DNA of 64,000 bases from a virus (IMGVR_UViG_3300000547_000001:28181-92180), one strand, 5' to 3'. Shown: positions 26,620 to 36,115, counted from the first letter of the stretch. Notes: a model not told the origin generated them from the sequence alone. Numbers and translations: made by a program.

Positions 26620-26921
26620 TGTTTATCTCCTTCATCAATTTCATAAATAACGTCTTTACGAACTCGCCAATAAATCCAAGATTCCATACAATGATTGTCG
26701 AGTTTGTATATTATATTTCTTCTATAGTATAATGTTAACCATAACGATACACAATATGCGATAAAAATACAAACACCGTCTATAACTAAAACGAGATTGG
26801 TTTTACCGTTTCTTTTTCGATCCCAATTACGAGCAGAAAATGTTTGGTTACTCTTACCTCCAAGAGTAACATTTAAAAGAACAGAAAGAGCAATTCCAAT
26901 TCGTTTTAAATAGGTGAGCAT
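26556..26921 (-). CDS. membrane protein (121 aa)
   Basis: Two hydrophobic helices. Its 3' end overlaps the next gene by about 60 nt. Confidence 0.4.
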   Translation of the reverse strand: MLTYLKRIGIALSVLLNVTLGGKSNQTFSARNWDRKRNGKTNLVLVIDGVCIFIAYCVSLWLTLYYRRNIIYKLDNHCMESWIYWRVRKDVIYEIDEGDKQWQKVRAGNPKDLFRKDFTLM

Positions 26922-27012
26922 TGTAAATCCTATTGTGTATAGGACTATTTATCTTCTCTCTCCTCTTTAATTTTACGCTTTAGCCACTCGTGGTAGCGTT
27001 CTTGATCGTTAC

Positions 27013-27324
27013 TCATCTGAATTGCATGATCAAATTGCGAGTCCAATCAATCTTGTAATCACGTGACCAGCTTGAAAGATAAGCATTATCCTTATCAAAC
27101 AGTTCAAGCATTTCATCTTCTGTCATTGTTGTGGAGTCAATAATCAATTCACCAAGATGTTCTTGTGAAAAGTCATCACATTCATTACACGTAATAGTGT
27201 CCTTTGCCCATTCAATAGGATTGACCGGAGTATCAGGATTTAGTTTCTGAAGATCGTCTTTGTGCATTACATACCGCATACGAAACTGGGATACAGTTGT
27301 CACTACTACATAATCATTTGACAT
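27013..27324 (-). CDS. hypothetical protein (103 aa)
   Basis: ORF. Confidence 0.4.
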   Translation of the reverse strand: MSNDYVVVTTVSQFRMRYVMHKDDLQKLNPDTPVNPIEWAKDTITCNECDDFSQEHLGELIIDSTTMTEDEMLELFDKDNAYLSSWSRDYKIDWTRNLIMQFR

Positions 27325-27333
27325 ATTTTTCTC

Positions 27334-27717
27334 CTAAGAAAAGTTCATATGAATTTGTGTTGAAAAGTTCAAATTGCCAGGCCGATCTTCACCTTCAGCA
27401 TTGAGAAGTTTTGTCATATATTCTGGCAAGTGATTACCAAACCTTTGCAAAAACTCTTCACGAGGCAGGTTCTCAGCACCTTGAAGATACCAACCACCAA
27501 ACTTTTCACTGAATTCACGAGCTGCACGAAACTTAGCAGAGTTTTTGACTTCTGGCTTTGTCTCACCAGTCTCATAATCATCAGCACGAGGATATGCTCG
27601 CGTGATAAGAAGAGAAATGGTACGACCTTCGCCGGTAGCAAAGTAATCACATGCTAGGTATTGGTATAGTTCTTCATCTCTTTCATGACTTCCATCTGAT
27701 ACTGTTCGATTTTTCAT
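27334..27717 (-). CDS. hypothetical protein (127 aa)
   Basis: ORF. Confidence 0.4.
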   Translation of the reverse strand: MKNRTVSDGSHERDEELYQYLACDYFATGEGRTISLLITRAYPRADDYETGETKPEVKNSAKFRAAREFSEKFGGWYLQGAENLPREEFLQRFGNHLPEYMTKLLNAEGEDRPGNLNFSTQIHMNFS

Positions 27718-28007
27718 TGAACGAATTCTCCCATTTTTACTACTCGATGTACTTTAGCAAGAAGTTTTGGGTTGTCATATAAACTAACCCAAACTAAAGT
27801 TTCGGCAACTTCTGCTTCAATCTCAAGGTCATAAGTCACAGTGTTGTAGACATGACCGTGATCGTATACTTGATTCTTTTTTCTTACCGCTCGAGCGTCG
27901 TAGTCCCACCCTTCAATAGTTACAGCGTCAATGTCTCGAACATCAACAGATGAGCCATCCAATGTCCATTCATAGTTTTCCCAGTTGTTACGTACTCGAA
28001 GTTTCAT
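27714..28007 (-). CDS. hypothetical protein (97 aa)
   Basis: ORF. Confidence 0.4.
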   Translation of the reverse strand: MKLRVRNNWENYEWTLDGSSVDVRDIDAVTIEGWDYDARAVRKKNQVYDHGHVYNTVTYDLEIEAEVAETLVWVSLYDNPKLLAKVHRVVKMGEFVQ

Positions 28008-28174
28008 TAGATCAACTCCCTTAGTTGTTCGGGGTCTTTTCCTATAATAGCAGCTAATGAGTCAATGGCGTCACTGATTCGAACGCCGCCCCACATCATG
28101 TTCTGATCCTGTTGTTCTGCCCAAAGCAGGAAGAACACAAGGTTAGCATAATGCTCATTCATCAAAAGTCCTCC

Positions 28175-28399
28175 TCACCACCTTGAACCTGACATCAAAT
28201 TCCGATGTTCGTGAATAATATTTTGACGTTCATTAAGAGCGACCATTGCAATGGTAGCGGAAACTTCATCGTGACTTTGCTCAGTAATTTTCAACAAAGC
28301 GTCATACATTATAGCTTCAAGTTTCCAAGCCAAATCAGCACTATTTGCTTTTTTGGTACGTTGCTGATTGATTTCAAATTGAAGATCACCGATAGACAT
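28175..28399 (-). CDS. hypothetical protein (74 aa)
   Basis: ORF. Confidence 0.4.
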   Translation of the reverse strand: MSIGDLQFEINQQRTKKANSADLAWKLEAIMYDALLKITEQSHDEVSATIAMVALNERQNIIHEHRNLMSGSRW

Positions 28400-28890
28400 T
28401 AAAAGTCCTCCTCACCTTGATATACGTCAAAAACAAAGATACCGTTATCACGCCACATCTTCACAACTCTCGGTCTGTCGTCAAAGACCATATCAGGCTT
28501 CTTACCGTAGTCAGCGATGATTTCGTCAAGGATTTCCTGCTTCACAATATCATCACTACGGAAGTCTTCTGCCTTACGCATATAGAGTTTTTGATACATG
28601 CTAAAACCGTTTTTACGTAGCCAATCCTGCGTTGCGATACGACTGCGTTCATTACGACCACTGGCAAGGATAACAGTATGACCACCCATAACCATTGCGT
28701 CAAACACTTCCGCAACAGGCTCATTCACCTTATCATTCGGAATGCCAGCATCAAAGGCTTTCCAGTTCTTTGGCTTACTACGAACATAATCAAGTCGATG
28801 TTCGATGTTAGCAAGAGTTCCATCGATATCAAATACTACTAGCATTTTATTTTCCTCTAAGTTCTTATAATAGTAATCTATACTATTCAA
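28399..28890 (-). CDS. pseT: polynucleotide 3'-phosphatase (stand-alone Pnk phosphatase domain, HAD family)
   Basis: 163 aa. VVFDIDGTLA ... ILASGRNERS ... FDDRPRVVKMWRDNGIFVFDV aligns with the T4 Pnk C-terminal domain (VIFDVDGTLA ... VVVSGRESGT ... [21 protein letters not shown]). Confidence 0.7.
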   Translation of the reverse strand: MNSIDYYYKNLEENKMLVVFDIDGTLANIEHRLDYVRSKPKNWKAFDAGIPNDKVNEPVAEVFDAMVMGGHTVILASGRNERSRIATQDWLRKNGFSMYQKLYMRKAEDFRSDDIVKQEILDEIIADYGKKPDMVFDDRPRVVKMWRDNGIFVFDVYQGEEDF

Positions 28891-28904
28891 GAATGAATGT
28901 CAAC
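28868..28904 (-). promoter_or_regulatory. early promoter cassette
   Basis: Minus strand TTGACATTCATTCTTGAATAGTA-TAGATT. Confidence 0.5.
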
Positions 28905-29334
28905 TATTATCTTCGACGAATTCGCCATCTTTCACTTTGAACCAGCGAGACGGAATAGTCATATCACCAAGGCGACGAAAGTATGCACGACCACCATCAA
29001 TACATATATTTCCAACAGAATAGAAATCGTGACGATGCTGACTGTAATGTAGTTGTCCAGCTGATTGAATCATACCAAACTCAAGCTCTTCAATCATATC
29101 AGCATTGGTGATCATAATCGTACCATCAGAAGCTGGATCAGGATTACGATACAATCCAAAGTAGCGATTACCAAACTCAGGGTGTGGAGTTTCACGGTAA
29201 AAAATATCTGCAGCATAATTTGCATACTCGTTAGGAGCAGATGTACAGACATACTTCACCGGTACACCATCTTTCTCAGAGTAATGTTCTTCTACTCTTT
29301 TAGTATCAAAAATTGGCCTATGATGTATGTTCAT
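28900..29334 (-). CDS. hypothetical protein (144 aa)
   Basis: ORF. Confidence 0.4.
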   Translation of the reverse strand: MNIHHRPIFDTKRVEEHYSEKDGVPVKYVCTSAPNEYANYAADIFYRETPHPEFGNRYFGLYRNPDPASDGTIMITNADMIEELEFGMIQSAGQLHYSQHRHDFYSVGNICIDGGRAYFRRLGDMTIPSRWFKVKDGEFVEDNS

Positions 29335-29597
29335 TGTTCTTCCTCATCAAATGTTAACGGCGCCCATTTGGTTTTTTCATAATAAGTCAAATACAATGTA
29401 TCGTCAATACCATCAATTGCGATTGTGGCACCTTCGTGATCTTCTTCTAAAAATACTGTATGAAATATAAGATCACCCGCAGATTCTAAAACCTCGTTTA
29501 GTTCATCGAGTTCTTCATCAAGTATTTTTTGTTGTTGTGCTGTTAATGTTGGCTCTTCGTGAGTCCATTGTGTTTCAAATTTCATAGTCCAAACCAT
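29331..29597 (-). CDS. hypothetical acidic protein (88 aa)
   Basis: ORF. Confidence 0.4.
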   Translation of the reverse strand: MVWTMKFETQWTHEEPTLTAQQQKILDEELDELNEVLESAGDLIFHTVFLEEDHEGATIAIDGIDDTLYLTYYEKTKWAPLTFDEEEQ

Positions 29598-29940
29598 TCC
29601 TTTGTAAAAACAATATTGCTCGGCAATGGAGCACAGTTTCGTATCAAATTAAAAATTTCTTCGCGTTTATAACCTGCTAATCCAGTGCCAATAGGTGTAA
29701 GTAGAAAAATGTCATTTGGATTATTGTTAGCATATGTTATGAATTCATTTATAAAATCCTGAATGCGATCTAGAGAAAGCACATTTAACTGATAACCCTT
29801 AGTGGGAAGAGCATACGCATTTCCAGTACGGCCTTTACCCACTCCATACTCAGCTCCATAGTGTTGTTTTGCATGCAGAGCGGCACCTTTTCCATGCCGC
29901 CCTGCTAGATTTGATCCAAAAACAAATACATTAGCCATTA
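29582..29940 (-). CDS. SLOG-like Rossmann-fold nucleotide-binding domain protein (probable start MANVFVFG at 29940)
   Basis: VFVFGSNLAGRHGKGAALHA...YGVGKGRTGNAYALPTK resembles the Gly-rich loops of SLOG/YspA-type domains. The ATG overlaps the Rnl1 stop (TAATG). Confidence 0.35.
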
Positions 29941-31125
29941 CATGCCCATCCATTCTGCGCAAGCATCCCACTTGGTGTTGCTGCTAATACTCTTGCGAAT
30001 ATGATCTAACAACAATTCACGAAGCTCTTTTCCATCAAGCATACGAAAAACGAATGATGCATCTGCTTTATGCTCCAGTGTAGGAACAAACTCAAGAGCA
30101 ATACGCTTGCGATCACCATCATAAGTTTGTGTAGCAGCCATATAAAGACCATACAAACGGTTTTCCTTTTGCTTAAACGCTTTCCAAAAACTAGTTTCGA
30201 AGTCACGAATACGAGTTACTTGCTCTTGCGGCAGCATCGGAATAACATCGTCTACATCCTCGTTAAGAATCAGATCAACAATGTTACGGTCAAACTTCAC
30301 ACGATCCAAAGTTTTATGAATTCTGACATACCAGTCGTTCTTGATTTTCAAACGATGACCATCAGCAAACGCGATAATATCACCTTCACGACCCTCTGCT
30401 TCACGCTGACGGTTGATGTAGTCAACAATGTTACCTTCCATCGAACCGTAACGAGGAACAACAGTGAAGGGGCAACGAATTTCAGTCATCTCTTCATCTA
30501 GATCTAGATATCGACCAGTTACGTTTTCACGAATGGCAAGAAGAACAAGGTCTGCTTCTTCATAAGCAAGAACAATCTGATTAAACGGGCTTACCCATTC
30601 AAAGATAGGAGTATATCCGTTATCTATGTAGGCACGAAGCCATTCCTTGTACTCAGAGTCTTGAGCAGCAAGCCATTCTTCAGCCTGCATTGACACTTCG
30701 GTCACACCCATCTTGGTAGCAAGGCGCAAGTAACCGTCAACCAAGATAGGACGAATCATAGATCCATCCATCTTTTCCATGATTATATGCGGCTGCAACA
30801 TATCGATCTTATTGACCTGAGTTTCATCACGCTCGTTCACATTGAAGAACTTGTGGAACGGGCGGCTCATGATGTTACCATCACGATCAAAGATAAGACC
30901 TCGACACTCTCGTCTTACCAGACTTGAGTAATCGTAATGGAATTCTTTAGGTGCACCACGAATTAGTTTGCTGCCGATACTTACGCTACCGAAAGTATCA
31001 GCCATTGCTACAACATAGTTGATAACAGTGTAGCCTTCTCGTTCCGCCACAATGAATTCGTCACGCCCTTCGATATGCGGAAGCACATCAGAGATAGTGC
31101 GGATTTCAGGAAAAGTATAGTGCAT
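29938..31125 (-). CDS. rnlA: RNA ligase 1 (T4 RnlA-like)
   Basis: 395 aa. ECRGLIFDRDG, KMDGSM (nucleotidyl-lysine motif), IFEWVSPFNQIVLAY and RLKIKNDWYV align with T4 Rnl1 ECRGIMFEMDG, KEDGSL, NFEFVAPTNRIVLAY and HFKIKSDWYV. Confidence 0.85.
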   Translation of the reverse strand: MHYTFPEIRTISDVLPHIEGRDEFIVAEREGYTVINYVVAMADTFGSVSIGSKLIRGAPKEFHYDYSSLVRRECRGLIFDRDGNIMSRPFHKFFNVNERDETQVNKIDMLQPHIIMEKMDGSMIRPILVDGYLRLATKMGVTEVSMQAEEWLAAQDSEYKEWLRAYIDNGYTPIFEWVSPFNQIVLAYEEADLVLLAIRENVTGRYLDLDEEMTEIRCPFTVVPRYGSMEGNIVDYINRQREAEGREGDIIAFADGHRLKIKNDWYVRIHKTLDRVKFDRNIVDLILNEDVDDVIPMLPQEQVTRIRDFETSFWKAFKQKENRLYGLYMAATQTYDGDRKRIALEFVPTLEHKADASFVFRMLDGKELRELLLDHIRKSISSNTKWDACAEWMGM

Positions 31126-31148
31126 ATCTTAGTACCTTTCATTCATTA

Positions 31149-31185
31149 TAGAATCAATATAAACTATTTCAAAAAGAATGTCAAC
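31149..31185 (-). promoter_or_regulatory. early promoter
   Basis: Minus strand TTGACATTCTTTTTGAAATAGTTTA-TATTGA. Confidence 0.45.
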
Positions 31186-31189
31186 TAAA

Positions 31190-31212
31190 AAGTGAGCTTC
31201 GGCTCACTTTAG
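31190..31212. terminator. rho-independent terminator hairpin (functional on the minus strand, followed immediately by a promoter)
   Basis: AAAAAGTGAGC-TTCG-GCTCACTTT. Minus-strand reading: GTGAGCCGAAGCTCAC then TTTTT. Confidence 0.55.
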
Positions 31213-31584
31213 TGGAGTAAATCCTTCAAGTGTTTCGGTTCGAGGTGGTGGAGTTTCGATGATAATTTCCTCAGTACTTTCTTGATACTCAATTAGTGCG
31301 CGATTTTGCACAGGATCAATTGATAGTTTGGGTTGTGTAGCACTTCCAAGAAAAATAAACAAAATACATACAACCATCACATAAAAGAATTCTGGCGGAG
31401 TTTTAACATCTTTAAACGATTCGTATTCTTTCCATTGTGCATACATTTTCCTAAGGCCACGGATAAAAAGATATACCAAACCAAGAAAGATTATGAGATT
31501 AATGAGGGCGAACACTGTCGCCCCCGTCATAAATTCAATAGCCATATTACTTACCTTCACTGAAGATTCGGTTTTCAAGTCCAA
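31204..31584 (-). CDS. membrane protein (126 aa, 2 TM)
   Basis: Hydrophobic helices VFALINLIIFLGLVYLFI and FFYVMVVCILFIFLG. Confidence 0.45.
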   Translation of the reverse strand: MDLKTESSVKVSNMAIEFMTGATVFALINLIIFLGLVYLFIRGLRKMYAQWKEYESFKDVKTPPEFFYVMVVCILFIFLGSATQPKLSIDPVQNRALIEYQESTEEIIIETPPPRTETLEGFTPLK

Positions 31585-32449
31585 CTGAATTAGTCATTTC
31601 AAGTGGGAAGAATACAGAGTTCTTGTTGGTAGCCATTTTTTCGATTACTTGCCACTTACGATACTCAAGCAGTTCAGGTGTAACACCATCAGCAAGAATC
31701 TTATTTGCCTCGGCTACAGTTTTGGCTTCGAGTAGATCGGCTTCACGTTCAGCTCGGGCAACTTCAAGTCGTGCCTGTGCTTCTCGAATTTTTACTTGTG
31801 CATCTGCTTCTGCACGTTCAACATCAATCTTTCGACTTTGTGCTGCTTCACGTGCTTGTGTAATAATAGCAGGGAAGCGGATATCAGCAAGACCAAACTG
31901 CTTCACTTCAAGTGGAGTTCGTTTAAGAGCAGATGATACTTCTTGCTTAAGCTTTTCACTTACAGAACTTTGGTTTTCTGCGATTTCAGCAATACTGTAT
32001 TCACTCAAAGTAGAACGAACGACATTACGTACTACGCTTTGACCATAAACACCGTAGACTTGTTGAAGTGTGGTACCAAAATTTCCACTTTCAAGTCGAG
32101 TAGGAACAACACGATCAAACACGCCAAGAATTTGGTTTCGGTCCTCACTCAATGCAAGAGTAAAGCGAACATCAACACCAAGATCAAGATTGTCTTGTGG
32201 CATCAACACGGTCATTGCCTCTTTCATGCCAGCATCACCAGCTTCAATCACGACAAGTTTATCACAATTAAAGAAACAGGGAGAAAGACGGAAACGACTC
32301 GGCGGAACGATATCACCCTGATAGCCATTCTTACCAAGTACCATACCTACAGATGCAGGCGGAACTTCTACCTTTTCTCCCCAAAAACAACCAGAAAGGG
32401 ACATTACCATTGCGCCAGCAAGGGCAAGTTTTGCAAGTCGATTAAGCAT
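31547..32449 (-). CDS. SPFH/band-7 (stomatin/HflK/C-like) lipoprotein
   Basis: 300 aa. The N-terminal lipobox ...MSLSGC is followed by an SPFH-like core and a long Ala/Glu/Arg-rich coiled coil (ERAEADAQVKIREAQARLEVARAEREADLLEAK). Confidence 0.6.
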   Translation of the reverse strand: MLNRLAKLALAGAMVMSLSGCFWGEKVEVPPASVGMVLGKNGYQGDIVPPSRFRLSPCFFNCDKLVVIEAGDAGMKEAMTVLMPQDNLDLGVDVRFTLALSEDRNQILGVFDRVVPTRLESGNFGTTLQQVYGVYGQSVVRNVVRSTLSEYSIAEIAENQSSVSEKLKQEVSSALKRTPLEVKQFGLADIRFPAIITQAREAAQSRKIDVERAEADAQVKIREAQARLEVARAEREADLLEAKTVAEANKILADGVTPELLEYRKWQVIEKMATNKNSVFFPLEMTNSVGLENRIFSEGK

Positions 32450-32463
32450 TATTTAGATTCTCC

Positions 32464-32742
32464 TTATTGAGTTTTTTGAAAACAGTTGAGACCCATATAG
32501 GGTGCCGAAGACGAGTTACCAATTGCAACAGTGCAATAAGTATTAGGATCACTTTCTGTCTGCCACTCATATACACGAAAGTCAAAACCATAAGCTTCAA
32601 CTTTGAAAGCTTTACTTTGTTTGACAGGCCAGTTACTTGTTGCAATGCTATCAAACAAACCAGCATTTGCTTGTCCAGAGGTGAGTGCTGCATATCCGGT
32701 GCCGAGTACACCTAGAGCAGCGATTGTCCAAATAAACTTCAT
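32464..32742 (-). CDS. small secreted protein (92 aa, signal peptide)
   Basis: MKFIWTIAALGVLGTGYAALTSGQANA signal-like N-terminus. Confidence 0.45.
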   Translation of the reverse strand: MKFIWTIAALGVLGTGYAALTSGQANAGLFDSIATSNWPVKQSKAFKVEAYGFDFRVYEWQTESDPNTYCTVAIGNSSSAPYMGLNCFQKTQ

Positions 32743-32852
32743 TTTCTCTTCTCTATTTCTTTTTTCACTTCTTCAAGTTCAATTTTACCTTGCTTATACA
32801 TCCACGCAAAAAATGGCATGTAAGCAAGCAACATTACGATTGCAAGTTCCAT
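32739..32852 (-). CDS. small TM peptide (37 aa)
   Basis: Hand-found MELAIVMLLAYMPFFAWMYKQGKIELEEVKKEIEKRK. Confidence 0.25.
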   Translation of the reverse strand: MELAIVMLLAYMPFFAWMYKQGKIELEEVKKEIEKRK

Positions 32853-32866
32853 AGTGTTTCCTTTTA

Positions 32867-33046
32867 TTAAAGCACGTGAGAATGGCGCAGAGTGCTAGGA
32901 AAATCTTTACCACTCGGCTGAAAAATCATCCGATCACGGCAAAGTGATGCAAATTCTTCAGCTTCCTCTTTATCAAAGGTAGTAAGTAAAATACTTTGAA
33001 ACCGAGGACTCATATCAATAACGATGTAAATATCTGCAGTATTCAT
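32867..33046 (-). CDS. hypothetical protein (start at the second ATG, MNTADIY)
   Basis: The conserved leader AAAGGAAACACT-ATG places the true start at the second ATG. The MKGNTM extension in the track is an artefact. Confidence 0.4.
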   Translation of the reverse strand: MNTADIYIVIDMSPRFQSILLTTFDKEEAEEFASLCRDRMIFQPSGKDFPSTLRHSHVL

Positions 33047-33067
33047 AGTGTTTCCTTTCATTTTGTA

Positions 33068-33104
33068 TAATAGTAATCTACACTATTTGAGAATGAATGT
33101 CAAC
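33068..33104 (-). promoter_or_regulatory. early promoter cassette (about 55-bp near-identical repeat)
   Basis: Minus strand TTGACATTCATTCTCAAATAGTG-TAGATTACTATTATACAAAATGAAAGGAAACACT-ATG. Confidence 0.55.
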
Positions 33105-33556
33105 TAGTTTTTTACTACTACTGCCTCGACATCTGCATAATTGAAGTGTTCAAAGTATCCCTTCCATTCATTAGTATTAATAGGCACGCCTTCAAATTCA
33201 AGAGGCTTACCTTCATAATTGAAGTTAGGGTTCGCAGCAGCATCTTTACGAATTGCTTCAACAAGGCGGTAAGCTTTTGCGCTGTTGCTGAATGCCCACA
33301 GATGTGTTCTACAACCATTTTCGCGACCAAAGCTGTCGCCGCTGTCGTAGCTCACGTAGACAATGTAAATATCATCACCAGGTTTAACCTCTGTCTCACC
33401 AGGAAAAAGACTCACATCGCTATAACCCTCATTTGTTATTCGAGCCCCAAAATAGCGGTAGACATGGTCCTCACGCCATTCGTATTCCCAACGGCTTTCG
33501 CCATACTGAGTTTCTTCCCGTCGACCATAATCACGATAGTCAAGATTGAAGTTCAT
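33104..33556 (-). CDS. hypothetical protein (about 150 aa, start MNFNLDY)
   Basis: ORF behind a promoter/leader cassette. Confidence 0.45.
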   Translation of the reverse strand: MNFNLDYRDYGRREETQYGESRWEYEWREDHVYRYFGARITNEGYSDVSLFPGETEVKPGDDIYIVYVSYDSGDSFGRENGCRTHLWAFSNSAKAYRLVEAIRKDAAANPNFNYEGKPLEFEGVPINTNEWKGYFEHFNYADVEAVVVKN

Positions 33557-33577
33557 AGTGTTTCCTTTCATTTTATA

Positions 33578-33614
33578 TAATAGTAATCTATACTATTTAA
33601 GAATGAATGTCAAC
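33578..33614 (-). promoter_or_regulatory. early promoter cassette (repeat copy)
   Basis: Minus strand TTGACATTCATTCTTAAATAGTA-TAGATTACTATTATATAAAATGAAAGGAAACACT-ATG. Confidence 0.55.
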
Positions 33615-34166
33615 TAGTTTTTTAGCCTGTTGTGCAATATCTTCAATATGTACTGGCGTATAATCAATTGCCTCTACAGACATGTTAATATAAGCACCAG
33701 GCGGAGATGGATTTTGATGAATATGTCCATGAACGTTGACCATTTTTATTTGTGCGTCAGGTCTACCACGAGAAGCAGACATTTCATGTAGTGGTACATG
33801 ACTCAAAAGGAGATTGTACTCTGTAAACTGACGCCACAGACCAACCTTTTGAAACCAGCCACCAGATGCAAGAAACTTTACATCATCGTGATTACCTACA
33901 AGAAGACGCTTGCTTCCATGAAGTCGATTAAAGTTTTTAGCCATCCATTCTTTATGGTCTGGACCCATAGCTACATCACCAAGATGATACACAATATCAC
34001 CTTGCTTAACTGTACTGTTCCAAAGCTCAATCATATGTTCATTCATATGATCCACATCGTCGTAGCCAGGACGAATATGCTTGCCAGTAAATGCATCAGT
34101 AAAGTTTAAGATGTTCGAATGGCAGAAATGTGTATCACTAATAAGCCAAATATCACGTGACATCAT
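33597..34166 (-). CDS. calcineurin-like metallophosphoesterase (Ser/Thr phosphatase-like)
   Basis: 189 aa. DIWLISDTHF, GDIVYHLGDV and VGNHDD are the GDxHG/GDxxDRG/GNHE-type motifs. Confidence 0.65.
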   Translation of the reverse strand: MMSRDIWLISDTHFCHSNILNFTDAFTGKHIRPGYDDVDHMNEHMIELWNSTVKQGDIVYHLGDVAMGPDHKEWMAKNFNRLHGSKRLLVGNHDDVKFLASGGWFQKVGLWRQFTEYNLLLSHVPLHEMSASRGRPDAQIKMVNVHGHIHQNPSPPGAYINMSVEAIDYTPVHIEDIAQQAKKLVDIHS

Positions 34167-34356
34167 TAAATCCTTTTGAGAAAGAAGAAGTAACTGGACC
34201 CAAATCTTTTTCTGGTTCTATCCAGCGACCGTCTCTTTGATATACACGTCTTGCCCGCATAGCGCACGGGCAATAAGGTTCACCATTTTGAGGGCCGATG
34301 CAGCCACATGCCTGAGCAGCTACATCGGTTTCAAGCTTCCAACTATTCATGATCAT
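34153..34356 (-). CDS. Cys-rich small protein (67 aa)
   Basis: ACGCIGPQNGEPYCPCAM. Confidence 0.35.
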   Translation of the reverse strand: MIMNSWKLETDVAAQACGCIGPQNGEPYCPCAMRARRVYQRDGRWIEPEKDLGPVTSSFSKGFNDVT

Positions 34357-34987
34357 ACTCGTCGATATCAGTACCAGCGCGAGTAATAGTCACTTTAACA
34401 TGATCACCATAAATTGCTTGCATAATATCTTCATCAATCATATTAAGTGCACTTTGCAAAGCACTAAAGCTTTCATCGATCCTTTGAGTAGTTTCAAGAG
34501 GATACTTTTCCAAAAACGATTCAATTTCTTCTAGACGTTCTTTTGCTTCTTCAGGATCACTCGGATACGGTTTTGGTTGGCTATACGATCCCCAATCGCG
34601 CCCGTACTTTTTGTGATATTCCTTTTTATAATTTTCAATCCAAGTATTGGGATCGGCCGTGTATTTTTCAGCTTCTACTAAGCGTTCTTTTGCTTGATTA
34701 AGATCTTTCTCTGTATAAAGGACAGAACCTTCTTCATCGTCATAATCAGCTTCTGCACCAAATAGTGTAAAGTATTTGTCGTATACAGAAAATTCACACG
34801 CTTCTCCATCATTAAAGTATGGTGTGTACTGAGTCCAAAATACAGACTTGACTTCCGGACAAGCATCAAAAAATTGCTTACATGCAGCTTCTACAAATCC
34901 TGTAGATTTTGCTTGCATCTCTTTTCGAGCTGCTGCCACTTGTTCATTCAATTCTTCAAAGTTCTTTTTAAGTGCTTCAAAATCCAT
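34343..34987 (-). CDS. hypothetical acidic protein (about 214 aa, start MDFEALK)
   Basis: ORF with the conserved AAAGGAAATACA-ATG leader. Confidence 0.45.
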   Translation of the reverse strand: MDFEALKKNFEELNEQVAAARKEMQAKSTGFVEAACKQFFDACPEVKSVFWTQYTPYFNDGEACEFSVYDKYFTLFGAEADYDDEEGSVLYTEKDLNQAKERLVEAEKYTADPNTWIENYKKEYHKKYGRDWGSYSQPKPYPSDPEEAKERLEEIESFLEKYPLETTQRIDESFSALQSALNMIDEDIMQAIYGDHVKVTITRAGTDIDEYDHE

Positions 34988-35001
34988 TGTATTTCCTTTC
35001 A

Positions 35002-35367
35002 TTAATCAGCATCTAAGCCCATATGTTTTGCGAATGCCTTTTGTCCTTTTCCAAGCATCCACGGTTCAGCTTCCAATGATTTCATCCAATCTTCAATTGT
35101 GGGAATTTTACCTCCGCAGTCTTCTTTAACGTGGTCTTCACCAATGTCTCGTACACTGACGACCTTTCCGTCCGTATTGGTAATTGTTTTTCCAAATAGT
35201 TGTTCACAAAGGAAGATTCCGAATGTGTTGTGCAGGATTGCGCGGTGGCCAAAGTTCGCGTAAGCGGCTTTGGTTGAGTCAAACCAGTCGTGAATTGGCA
35301 TGTAGTCTTCAATAATTCCTCCATAACGTTTTACACTATTTTTTGCATGAACATAAGGTTTCATCAT
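35002..35367 (-). CDS. hypothetical protein (121 aa)
   Basis: ORF. Confidence 0.4.
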   Translation of the reverse strand: MMKPYVHAKNSVKRYGGIIEDYMPIHDWFDSTKAAYANFGHRAILHNTFGIFLCEQLFGKTITNTDGKVVSVRDIGEDHVKEDCGGKIPTIEDWMKSLEAEPWMLGKGQKAFAKHMGLDAD

Positions 35368-35546
35368 TTATATCCACTTTTAAAGTTCATAGCTGTATCG
35401 TTTTCCTCTTTGAGCGCGTTAACAATACCATTATGAAGACCGACTACGACATGGTTTTGAACTGTGCCGGCAGGAAGTACTTTGATACCAATTTCAACGA
35501 TTTTTAAACCTACCACTTCACGAATATCTAAAAAAGTTTGTTTCAT
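35364..35546 (-). CDS. hypothetical protein (60 aa)
   Basis: ORF. Confidence 0.3.
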   Translation of the reverse strand: MKQTFLDIREVVGLKIVEIGIKVLPAGTVQNHVVVGLHNGIVNALKEENDTAMNFKSGYK

Positions 35547-36115
35547 TATTCATCTCCACGTTTAAAGTCCATGCCAATCAACGCACCATGCATATTATAG
35601 TAAATGATATCGTCAAACCCTTCTGCAAGGGAAGGTTCGACATAGCTTTCCCACATATTCGAAAGCACATGATCCGGAATCGTTTTACCTGGTCGATTTT
35701 GCAAACGCCGCTTCCACACTTTCAAATCATCAAAGTGACCAGCCTCAGGCGGAACAATACAGCAGCAAGACACTTCATAACCTGCTTGCTTCATGCGATT
35801 GATGATCTTGCGGCGCTTACCGACACCCAAATTAGTCTGATCCCAGATGATATTCAGTTTGTGTTTAATGGCTTCGGCAAGCCAAATATCAGCTTCAGTT
35901 TGCGCTGACTTGATGTGATCTTCGAAAACCTCGTTGTAGGTTTTGCCAAGCTGTTCGGCAATGCGCTCAAGAATAGCATCAGTGCTGTATACAAACACAT
36001 CTGGATCCATTTTGCACATTTCGTCAACAAGAGTTGACTTGCCCATAGCAGGCAAGCCAACCATAACAGTGCAAATAGGCTTGGTCATTTCAAGTCTCCG
36101 TCTGATGCGGTCCAA
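35546..36115 (-). CDS. P-loop kinase, Pnk kinase-domain-like (stand-alone polynucleotide 5'-kinase candidate)
   Basis: 189 aa. Walker A VMVGLPAMGKST and a downstream WDQTNL motif parallel T4 Pnk TIGCPGSGKST ... SDTNL. Confidence 0.5.
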   Translation of the reverse strand: MDRIRRRLEMTKPICTVMVGLPAMGKSTLVDEMCKMDPDVFVYSTDAILERIAEQLGKTYNEVFEDHIKSAQTEADIWLAEAIKHKLNIIWDQTNLGVGKRRKIINRMKQAGYEVSCCCIVPPEAGHFDDLKVWKRRLQNRPGKTIPDHVLSNMWESYVEPSLAEGFDDIIYYNMHGALIGMDFKRGDE

